64,000 nucleotides of DNA from Octopus sinensis. Its lineage: Eukaryota. The stretch lies in assembly GCF_006345805.1 (NCBI RefSeq), contig NC_043003.1, positions 7,006,001-7,070,000 of the forward strand, given 5' to 3'. The translations under genes were made by a program, and so were the position numbers. Below the pieces are notes generated by a model. The model had not been told where the DNA came from, did not search any database, and saw only the letters and a list, made by a program, of their open reading frames with translations. Positions within the stretch are counted from its first letter, which is position 1, and each line of letters begins with the position of its first letter. Positions 24,453 through 34,742 of this stretch are shown in pieces.

Positions 24453-25439
24453 GTAACAACTTTTTTTATGCCCTTCCTTAACTATTTTTTTTTGTTTTTA
24501 GTTTAAGATTTTTATGCATATTAAATGAAAGAAATTCATAATATTTAAAAAAAAGACATTATACACTGTTATGTCGCACGTTCAGATGACTTCTACTCAA
24601 CTCGACTCTCTGTAGTCTGATGACGTCTAGACTTCTCTCTCTATATCTACGTATTGGGCTAGTCTACTTCATCATCTGGGGATGTCCACACAACATATAC
24701 TTTTCATTACACTCATGTGTACACACATGCAACATATACACACATTGTTTTCTTGGTCGCCCTCTCACTGGGTAACCATGTACCTCCTCTATAGCAAGAC
24801 ATCTATTTCTGCCTCCCTATTTCTCTGTCACATTCTAACCTTTCTTCATCTGATACTGGATCATCTCCTCCAAGGCCCTTTCCATTATAACAAGACACCA
24901 ATTTCTTCCCCTGCCCCTTTCATAATTCCATGTCCTGAAAGTTACTTGGTGAGCCTGTCAATGCTGGTATCATGTAAAACGCATCTAGTCCACACTGTAA
25001 AGTGGTTGGCATTTGGAAGGGCATCAAGCTGTAAGAATCATGCTACCACTAACCTCACCTGTGCTAGCGCCACATAAAAAGCACTGAGTCCGTTCTACTG
25101 AGTGGTTGGTGTTAGAAAGGGCATCTAGCTGTAAAAACCCTGCCAAAACTGACAGAGTAGCATAAGGTAGATTTTCTACCTGGTCAGCTCCTGTGAACCA
25201 TCCTACCCAGGCATGCATGGAAGATGGACATTAAACGATGATGATGATGATGATTTGCCTCCATTTCTAATTACACTGGTATCAGCCAAAATTTGAAATC
25301 AATATTTCTCATCTGCATCTTCTCAACAAATCTATTCCCATATGAATTAGTCTCCCAACAATTGATATTTTTAAGAAACCCTTTCTCACTTTTTAGATAA
25401 AACATGTATTTCATATGTTTTGTATTTCCCTTTGTTAAG

Positions 25440-25504
25440 GTTTTACCACCAATGCGTGATGAAGTCCGAAATCTTCCTGAAGAAGGAGACACATTAAGAA
25501 ACAG
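25440..25504 (+). CDS. RIC8: Ric-8 exon 11 (VLPPMRDEVRNLPEEGDTLRN)
   Basis: TGTTAAG acceptor, AG|GTTTGT donor, phase 0-2. Carries the Ric-8 VLPPLRD...PE-x-G-x-x-LRN motif. Confidence 0.95.
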
Positions 25505-26209
25505 GTTTGTAATTAGTTCTTAGTTACTGTTTCTTCATCTTTCTTAATAAGACCTTGTGCCAAGTCATTGTAGGATGAATGCTTTTTCAAATCCAGGCAT
25601 TTTCAATAATCATTTCACATGCGTGCCTTTCCTTCATTGGACACTAAACTCTGCTTGCAAAGACCAGTTGAAGCAAGTGAAATCGAAGTTGGAATCAAAC
25701 TCAATTGCGAAGACCTGTTGAGGCACTTGAAATCGAAATCAAACTCGGTGACTGACATCCGTTGCTAGTGGAGCGCTAAGAGTACAATACGAGTGAGATC
25801 GTTGTCAGAACAACAAGCTGGTCTTCATGCCGATAGCACGTTAAACACATCATTCGGGTGTAATCGTTACCTGCGTTGCCTTACTAGCACTTGTGCTGGT
25901 GGCACATGAAAAAAACTTTCGAGCGAGGTCATTGCCAGTGCTGCTGGACTGGCTCCTGTGCAGGTGGCACATAAAAAGCACCATTTGAGCATGACCATTG
26001 CCAGTATCACCAAACTGGCCCACATGCTGGCGGAACGTAAAAGCACCCACTACACTCTTGGAGTGGTTGGTGTTAGGAAGGGCATCCAGCTGTAGAAACT
26101 CTGCTAGATCAAGATTGGGGTCTGGTTCGCCAGACCACAGTCAAATCGTCCAACCCATGCTAGCATGGAAAGTGAACGTTAAACGATGATGATGATGATG
26201 ATATATATA

Positions 26210-26440
26210 CAGGGTTGACCAAAAGTCACCTGACAGTAAATCAAAACCATTTAATTCCAAGATTAAAACAAAAAATTATTTTATATGAGACTTTGCTAAT
26301 AAAGAGACAAATGCTGAAAAAAAAACGGTGATTATGACTCACAACATTCAATTATTAAGCATTCGTAATTGTAATGAATAAATAAAATTGAATATTAAGT
26401 ATTTATGGAATTTTGATTTACTGTCTTTTGGCCAACCCTG
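26210..26440. mobile_element. Tc1/mariner-type MITE (CAGGGTTG...CAACCCTG, TA flanks)
   Basis: TIRs with TA TSD. Sibling at 38891-39117. Confidence 0.8.
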
Positions 26441-26589
26441 TATGAATATATATATCTGAACAGGGGGTCATATGTCCGAAAAAGAAGCACATTCTAAAGG
26501 ACAGAGCAGTTATGTATTTACATGCAGTTTAAAATATATATCTGGTTGTAGAGTGACCAATGGTTTTGCATCCATAGTGTGCTTAGCTT

Positions 26590-28507
26590 TATAGACTCTA
26601 AATGGCAGGGGACATACAGAGTCAGACTCTAATGGCAGGAGGCATATTGAGTCAGACTCTTAATGGCAGAGAGCATATAGAGTCAGACTCTAATGGCAGA
26701 GGGCATATAGTCAGACTCTAATGGCAGAGGGCATAGAGAGTCAGACTCTAATGGCAGAGGGCATATAGAGTCAGACTCTAATGGCAGAGGGCATATAGAG
26801 TCAGACTCTAATGGCAGAGGGCATATAGAGTCAGACTCTAATGGCAGAGGGCATATAGAGTCAGACTCTAATGGCAGAGAGCATATAGAGTCAGACTCTA
26901 ATAGCAGAGGGCATATAGAGTCAGACTCTAATGGCAGGGGACATATAGAGTCAGACTAATGGCAGGGGACATATAGAGTCAGACTCTAATGGCAGGGGAC
27001 ATATAGAGTCAGACTCTAATGGCAGGGGACATATAGAGTCAGACTCTAATAGCAGAGGGCATATAGAGTCAGACTCTAATGGCAGAGGGCATATAGAGTC
27101 AGACTCTAATGGCAGAGGGCATATAGAGTCAGACTCTATGGCAGAGGGCATATAGAGTCAGACTCTAATGGCAGAGGGCATATAGAGTCAGACTCTAATG
27201 GCAGAGAGCATATAGAGTCAGACTCTAATAGCAGAGGGCATATGGAGTCAGACTCTAATGGCAGGGGACATATAGAGTCAGACTCTAATGGCAGAGAGCA
27301 TATAGAGTCAGACTCTAATGGCAGAGGGCATATAGAGTCAGACTCTAATGGCAGGGGGCATATAGAGTCAGACTCTAATGGCAGGGAACATATAGAGTCA
27401 GACTCTAATGGCAGAGGGCATATAGAGTCAGACTCTAATGGCAGAGGGCATATAGAGTCAGACTCTAATGGCAGAGGGCATATAGAGTCAGACTCTAATG
27501 GCAGAGGGCATATAGAGTCAGACTCTAATGGCAGAGGGCATATAGAGTCAGACTCTAATGGCAGAGGGCATATAGAGTCAGACTCTAATGGCAGAGGGCA
27601 TATAGAGTCAGACTCTAATGGCAGAGAGCATATAGAGTCAGACTCTAATAGCAGAGGGCATATATGGAGTCAGACTCTAATGGCAGGGGACATATAGAGT
27701 CAGACTCTAATGGCAGAGAGCATATAGAGTCAGACTCTAATGGCAGAGGGCATATAGAGTCAGACTCTAATGGCAGGGGGCATATAGAGTCAGACTCTAA
27801 TGGCAGAGGGCATATAGAGTCAGACTCTAATGGCAGAGAGCATATAGAGTCAGACTCTAATAGCAGAGGGCATATAGAGTCAGACTCTAATGGCAGGGGA
27901 CATATAGAGTCAGACTAATGGCAGGGGACATATAGAGTCAGACTCTAATGGCAGGGGACATATAGAGTCAGACTCTAATGGCAGGGGACATATAGAGTCA
28001 GACTCTAATAGCAGAGGGCATATAGAGTCAGACTCTAATGGCAGAGGGCATATAGAGTCAGACTCTAATGGCAGAGGGCATATTGAGTCAGACTCTAATG
28101 GCAGAGGGCATATAGAGTCAGACTCTAATGGCAGAGGGCATATAGAGTCAGACTCTAATGGCAGAGGGCATATAGAGTCAGACTCTAATGGCAGAGGGCA
28201 TATAGAGTCAGACTCTAATGGCAGAGAGCATATAGAGTCAGACTCTAATAGCAGAGGGCATATGGAGTCAGACTCTAATGGCAGGGGACATATAGAGTCA
28301 GACTCTAATGGCAGAGAGCATATAGAGTCAGACTCTAATGGCAGAGGGCATATAGAGTCAGACTCTAATGGCAGGGGGCATATAGAGTCAGACTCTAATG
28401 GCAGGGGACATATAGAGTCAGACTCTAAAGGCAGAGGGCATATGGAGTCAGACTCTAATGGCAGAGGGCATATTGAGTCAGACTCTTAATGACAGAGAGC
28501 ATATAGA
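26590..28507 (+). repeat. 30-bp minisatellite, ~64 units (ATAGAGTCAGACTCTAATGGCAGAGGGCAT)
   Basis: Directly visible tandem array. Each unit contains the palindrome TAGAGTC-A-GACTCTA. Confidence 0.97.
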
Positions 28508-28864
28508 GTTTGATGAGTCGTCTATAAAGCTAAGCGCTTTATGGATGTGAAACCATTGGTCACTCTATGACTGGCATAAGTGTATCAAGGGAAACAGGAG
28601 ACAGACAATTGGACAATGTGGGAGGTTCCAAAGTAGTTAAAAATTCAAAAAGTGCTGGACAGAATGTGAGTAAAATAAATTAGCATAAAAAGTGGGGAGG
28701 AAGGGGCTCAAAGAATTGTAAGCTGAATAAGAAAACGATAAGGAAAAGAAGTAGACTGGCATTTCAGGTGAACCCTTTATTGAAGTAGAGTAATATAGAA
28801 ATAAGCAAGAAAAAAAAGGAAAGAAACAAGAAAAGAAACAATACCTGTTTAATGCATGTGTGTA

Positions 28865-29265
28865 CCTCAGCCTCGCCTGGCCCCCGTGCCAGTGACACGT
28901 AAAAGCACCATCCGTTTCGTGGCCGTTTGCCAGCTCTGTCTGGCCCCCGTGTTGGTGGCACGTAAAAGCACCATCCGTTCGTGTCCGTTGCCAGCCTCGC
29001 CTAGCCCCCGTGCCGGTGACACGTAAAAGCACCATCCGTTCGTGGCCATTTGCCAGCTCTGTCTGGCACCTGTGCGGGTGGCACGTAAAAAGCACCCACT
29101 ACACTCACGGAGTGGTTGGCGTTAGGAAGGGCATCCAGCCGTAGAAACACTGCCAGATCTGACTGGGCCTGATGAAGCCTTCCAGCTTCACAGACCCCAG
29201 TTGAACCGTCCAACCCATGCTAGCATGGAAAACTGACGCTAAATGATGATGGTGATGATGATGAT
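28865..29265 (+). mobile_element. RTE-family 3' UTR copy, near-identical to 13258-13740
   Basis: Shares the private variants CTGACTGGGCCTGATGAAGCCTTCCAGCTTCACAGACCCCAGTTGAACC. Confidence 0.8.
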
Positions 29266-29789
29266 GTACATTAGAACTGAATTAGACAAATGGATTAAGT
29301 GGTGCCAAGAGGATAGGTAGGGAAGTTGTGGCAGATGAAATGATGATATGAGCAGGTGAGGGAGGATGTGAGAGAGGGATGGAGTAGTGTGGAAGGTTGA
29401 GAAGAAAGGCAGTGTGGTAAGTGATGGGAGCTGGTGGGTAGAAGTAGTGCGTATGTGATTCTGGATTTGAAGATGACCATTTCCTTCATTTGGGAATCCT
29501 TTGATATTATACATCCTTAGATCCTTGACATGCAGCCTCAGTCTTTGATGGAACTTGTAAATGTTTGGTTGGAGGTGGTCAGATGGAATTCTTCATGGAC
29601 GCCACTTTTCTAACTTCTCCGAATAGTGATGAGTTCATTTCTTCTCCTTATCTTCAATCCTCCTTCATCTGCATCATTACCAAAGCAAGCACTAGGCAGT
29701 AATGCCTTTCGGTCTTGAGGGGTTGATCTTACTTCTCTTCAAAGCCTAGCCTGGCACTGACCATGGTGTTACTGGCCATAGACAATCCT

Positions 29790-30550
29790 ACAGGGGGAGA
29801 TGCCATAAGGTTAAAATTATTAACCATCTTGTGAACAATAACTCTGAGCACCTTTTCAAACTCCACCTGTCTAACACCCATGGACATGTTTACAAAGTTA
29901 GAAAACAGCACAGCTCCCATGACTTTCGGAAACATTTTTTCACGTTAAGAGTTGCTGAAGCATGGAACAAACTGCCGGCATCAGTTGTTAGTTGTTGGAG
30001 CACTGCATCCTTCAAAACTTCCATGCTTCCTGAGATTCACCAACACTACACCTGATTTTCTCCCCTCCAAACGCACGCAAGCATGTACCTGACTCATACA
30101 CTGTTCACTTTCCAGACATTTGTACATTACTGCATATACTTTATACGCACTTCTGACAAGTTGTGGTGCACCTGAGCACTGTATACAACAATTTCATTAT
30201 TATTATTATTTAAAAACTCCACCCGTCTAACATCAATGGACATGTTTACAAAGTCAGAAAACAGCACAGCTCCCATGACTTTCGGAAACATTTTTTTACG
30301 CTAAGAGTTGCTGAAGCATGGAACAAACTGCCAGCATCAGTTGTTAGTTGTCGGATCACTGCATCCTTCAAAACTTCCATGCTTCCTGAGATTCGCCAAC
30401 ACTACAACTGATTTCCTCCCCTCCATACACACGCAAGCATGTATCTGACTCACACACTGTTCGCTTTCCAGGCATTTGTACATTACTGCATATGCTTTAT
30501 ACGCACTTTCTGACAAGTTGTGGTGCAACTGAGCACTGTATGCAATAATT

Positions 30551-30585
<35 letters not shown>

Positions 30586-30950
30586 TTCAAAATTAATTGA
30601 AGCACATAAGAAGTGTATTTCATCAGAAATGCTCTACAAGGTTAAAGCTCCTTAACACGTGCTTGATAACTGTCTCAATTTGGCTGTCTTGTTTGAAGAA
30701 TTTACTAATTTGTGTTGAGGTAATTTATGAATCTTCTTCCTTTGTTTGCATGCTGTTTGCCTATAACCATTCCCCTTATCTTTATTTTACAGTATTTTAA
30801 AGTTTCTTATATTTTGTTGTTTTTTTTTTGTAATTTTTTTTTATTTGACTTCATGCTTTCCAGGCATTTGTACATTACTGCATATACTTTTTACGCACTT
30901 TTGACAAGTTGTGGTGCACCTGAGCACCGTATACAATAATTTCATTATCA
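29790..30950 (+). mobile_element. Three consecutive CR1-clade LINE 3' ends with (ATT)n tails
   Basis: KIINHLVNNN...HGHVYKVRKQ...RKHFFTLRVAEAWNKLPASVV...FK matches the CR1 C-terminal motif. Copies at ~29790-30210, ~30214-30585 and ~30855-30948. Confidence 0.85.
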
Positions 30951-31155
30951 TTTATCAAGTCAGATATTGTACACTGCTTATACTGACCATCTCACTTGAT
31001 GCTTGTATAGCATGGATTCAATGCTTGCTGGTGCATCACCTTACACCTGCAACTTGTTTGTTTATTTTGGAGTAAAAAAATGTCTTAAACTTCCAACCTT
31101 CAAATAATACTACTCTTATATGCTTAATACATTTTTTTTTTTTTCTTTCTTTCAG

Positions 31156-31238
31156 ATTGTGTCAGCTCTTGACCTCTCTAAGTTCCAGTATAAAACATTT
31201 GGTGCCTGATTTTCTGTTCACATTGTGTAAAGAAAATG
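31156..31238 (+). CDS. RIC8: Ric-8 exon 12 (RLCQLLTSLSSSIKHLVPDFLFTLCKEN)
   Basis: TTTCAG acceptor, G|GTATGT donor, phase 2-1. Carries the FLF-x-LCKE motif. Confidence 0.95.
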
Positions 31239-31830
31239 GTATGTTACTGCCGAAAGTGATTTATTTCTTCATTTGTTTAACCCTTTTGTTACCAAATTTC
31301 TCTTGAAATGTTCTGCCTTTGTTTCAATTGATGAAGAAAATAGCAAAGAATTTAGTAAAATAATTTTGTCATTAAGTTGATGTCTGGAACATAAATTATC
31401 ATAGAATTTTGATGGAGAGTTTTAAATGAGATCACTTCAAAACCTGAAGTTTATCTCATAAAACCAGAGGCACTTTCAGGTGAATTGGTATTGAAAGGGT
31501 TAAATGTAATTGAATTTTATACATGATTATATTATAAACAAATATGAAGAACCTCTGACAATGGATACTTAAGGAAAAGACTGTTTAACAGCCCTGATAT
31601 CTTGGCTGTGCAATTTCTCTTGAAATAGTCAGCCTGGAATTAAGTACTTATGGACTGGCTGATAGAATCCAGGAGTGATGTCAGTGTTAATATATCCTTG
31701 GTTGTAATCTTAGTTGCACCAGCAAAACTAACAAAGAACCTAGTTAGGTAGAGACTGAATAGCAACAACATTGACTATCTTGTTAATTAGTTGTTAATTT
31801 GTGCTCCACTTCAGTGGTAGTGAAGGCACA

Positions 31831-32244
31831 TGACCTAGTGGCTACAGTGACCTAGTAGCTACGGTGACCTAGTGGCTATAGTAACCTAGTACCTATGGTG
31901 ACCTAGTGGCTACGGTGATCTAGTAGCTATGGCCACAGTGACCTAGTGGCTACAGTGACCTAGTAGCTATGGTGACCTAGTGGCTATGGTAACCTAGTGG
32001 CTACGGTGACCTAGTGGCTACGGTGATCTAGTGACTATGGTGACCGAGTAGCTACGGTGACCTAGTGGCTACGGTGACCTAGTGGCTACAGTGACCTAGT
32101 AGCTATGGTGACCTAGAACTATGGTGATCACAGTGACCTAGTGGCTACGGTGACCTAGTAGCTACGGTGACCTAGTGGCTACAGTGACCTAGTGGCTACA
32201 GTGACCTAGTGGCTATGGTGACCTGGTGGCTACAGTGACCTAGT
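31831..32244 (+). repeat. 17-bp minisatellite, ~24 units (GTGACCTAGTGGCTACG)
   Basis: Directly visible. Embedded in a tRNA-type SINE head. Confidence 0.95.
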
Positions 32245-33043
32245 CACTAGGCACCTAACCTAGTGTCAATGGTGTTGCACTCACAATCACAAGATTGTAG
32301 TTTTGGTTCCTCGAACAGGAGGTGTGGTGTGTTCTTGAGCCAAAACAGAGTGGTCAGGGTGTTTTTTACACAGCACCAGTATCAGTGCTTTATACATGGC
32401 ACTGACATGGATTCTTTCTACGTTATTCAAGCATCATCACTATCTTTACAAATCCTGCTGCATTTCACATGGAATTTGTGGTCCTCCAAAGTCATCTTCG
32501 TGTATAAGTCAACCCAATTAATTTCAGTTGTAAATCTTGATCTGAAAAATTTGACTCGTTTGCCAGAAAATACAGTGTTAAATTCATCATCATCATCATC
32601 GTTTAACGTCCATTTTCCGTGCTAACATGGGTTGGACCATTCGACCAGGGTCTGGGAAGCCAGGAGGCTGCACCAGGCTCCAGTCTCTAGCCATTAGGTC
32701 ACCATAGCCACAAGGTCATTGTAGCCACTAGGTCACCATAGCCAGATTGGTGTTAGGAAGGGCATCCAGCCATAAAAGCCAGAGCAAACAATTGGAGCCT
32801 GATGCAGCTCTCTCTGTCAAATCTCTGTCAAATTGCCCAATCTGTGCAAGCATGAAAAACAGACATTAAATGCTGATGATGGTGTTTACGCTGTGTATAC
32901 TAGACTCGTATGCCAGAAAACATGTAAATTCAGAGAGTTTTGATTCTCAATGTTATTCCAGAAGCAAATCATTTGCTGAGTTCTTGTATTTTTATTATTT
33001 TTTTCTTTCCTTCAAATTAAATCTATTTCTCTCTCTCTTCCAG

Positions 33044-33194
33044 TTGATCGCATGATAAAGTATACAGGTTATGGGAACTGTGCTGGACTTCTTGCTGAGC
33101 GTGGCCTACTGATGGGTGGACGTGGGAAAATGGCCAGTTATTCAAGTGAATCTGAAGATTCTGAAACTGAAGAATATTCAGAGTTAAGACCAAT
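33044..33194 (+). CDS. RIC8: Ric-8 exon 13 ([22 protein letters not shown]...[13 protein letters not shown]...)
   Basis: TCTTCCAG acceptor, AT|GTAAGT donor, phase 1-2. Carries the hallmark KYTGYGN-x-AGLLA motif and the acidic phosphorylation segment. Confidence 0.97.
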
Positions 33195-33875
33195 GTAAGT
33201 ATTTTTGTTTCTTTTTTTTTAATTCTTCTCTTCGTATTTTTAAGTGTCTCAGACATATAAGACATGTCCTACTTTATTCTGTCAGGTTGTGAGACCAATA
33301 CTTCTTAACCCTTTCGGTATCAGCCAGACTGAAACTGTCTCTGGCTCTGTTGTACAAATGTCTTGTTTTCATAAGTTTTGAATTAAAATCTTCAACCAAA
33401 CCTCAGTCACAATTTTATGTTCCTAACACTAGTTTAATGATAACTAAGTTATATTACTAAATTCTTTGTTATATTTAAAATTAATTGAAAGAAACTCGGA
33501 GCATCTCAACAGAAATATGGTAACAAAATGGTTAAAATATATAATAGAGAAGCAATTCTTTACCCTTTCGATACCAACCAAGCTGAATCCACCTCTGGCT
33601 CTGTAGTACAAATGTCTTGTTTTCAAAAGTTTTGAATTAAAATCTTCCACCAAACCTTAGTCACAATTTATGTTCCTAACACTAGCTTAAAGATAACTAA
33701 GTTATTTTACTAAATTCTTTGTTATATTTAAAATTAATTGAAAGAAACACAGAGCATCTCAACAGAAATATGGTAATAAAATGGTTAAGGCAGTAGGGAC
33801 CAGGAAGTGGGAGTGAAATATTGAACCAGAACAGCTTGATTTTATACATTGATGAGAACTGTTTTCTTTGTCTAG

Positions 33876-33995
33876 GGTCAATCCAGTAACTGGTCGTTGG
33901 GAGGAAGAGCGACCAAAAGCCATAGACAACATGAGTGAAGAACAGAAAGAGTACGAAGCTATGAAAGCAGTTGACTTAATTCACAAGTTGCACGA
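33876..33995 (+). CDS. RIC8: Ric-8 exon 14 (MVNPVTGRWEEERPKAIDNMSEEQKEYEAMKAVDLIHKLH)
   Basis: TGTCTAG acceptor, GA|GTAAGT donor, phase 2-2. Carries the NPVTG and M(T/S)EEQKEYEAMK motifs. Confidence 0.97.
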
Positions 33996-34149
33996 GTAAG
34001 TAAATAGTTTATGTGACATAGTTTCACTTTTATGGAATTGTTGTCAAAATCCTGTTTCCCCCTCGAATGTCATCTGACTCAATTTCGTGGTGAATAAGCA
34101 TGGATCATGTTATTGATTCTCTGTCGGTAAGGCAGTTCATCTTTTCATT

Positions 34150-34742
34150 GTCCAATGCTATACAAGCGGCTTTAAGTAGTAGGGTACATAGAAGAAGTGA
34201 CCAAAGGGCGATTCTGCCAGGCCGTCATTTGTACTATCCTCCTCTATGGTTGTGAAACATGGCCTATGAGGGTAGTCGATCAGCGAGGGTTGGAGGTGTT
34301 CAACGATGACTGTCTCTGCTGCATTCTTCGCTGCCGACACATTGATCAGGTTCCCACAGCCGGTCTTCGTCATCACCTGAATCTCCGGCCCCTCCCTTCA
34401 GTGCTTCTACAACAGCGCTTAAGGTGGTTCGGTCATGTGGCCTGGTGTCCAGAGGGTGAGCTGATTCGCGATGACCTCCTCCCACCTCCACTTCCCAACT
34501 GGCTTAAACGCAGGGGCCGGCAGTTGAAGACCTGGGCAACGATGATAAAGGAGCACCTCTCCAAACTCTCAGGTCCGCAGGTGGTCGGTCTGCGCAGATG
34601 GAACCGCGAATGGCTCGCTGTCTCCAGTGACCTCACACAGGACCATCGAGAGTGAGCCACCATGGTTCGTGATGCCATTAGGAACAGAGAAGTCGGCTCA
34701 ACCCGCCCTGGGTGAACGCCGTCACAAGTACAAGTAAGTAAG
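34150..34742 (+). mobile_element. 5'-truncated RTE LINE (second family)
   Basis: ORF 34197-34655 carries LLYGCETW, RLRWFGHV and RRGRQLKTW, typical of the RTE ORF2 C-terminus. (TAAG)n tail. Degenerate sibling at ~35545-35862. Confidence 0.88.

Noticed and set aside
27242-28489. ORFs encoding (ESDSNGRGHI)n
   Set aside because: A by-product of a 30-bp unit lacking stops in one frame. The frame is broken by indel units, there are no splice signals, and it is intronic.
26590-28507. CRISPR-like appearance (palindromic ~30-bp repeats)
   Set aside because: No unique spacers and no cas genes, in a eukaryotic intron.
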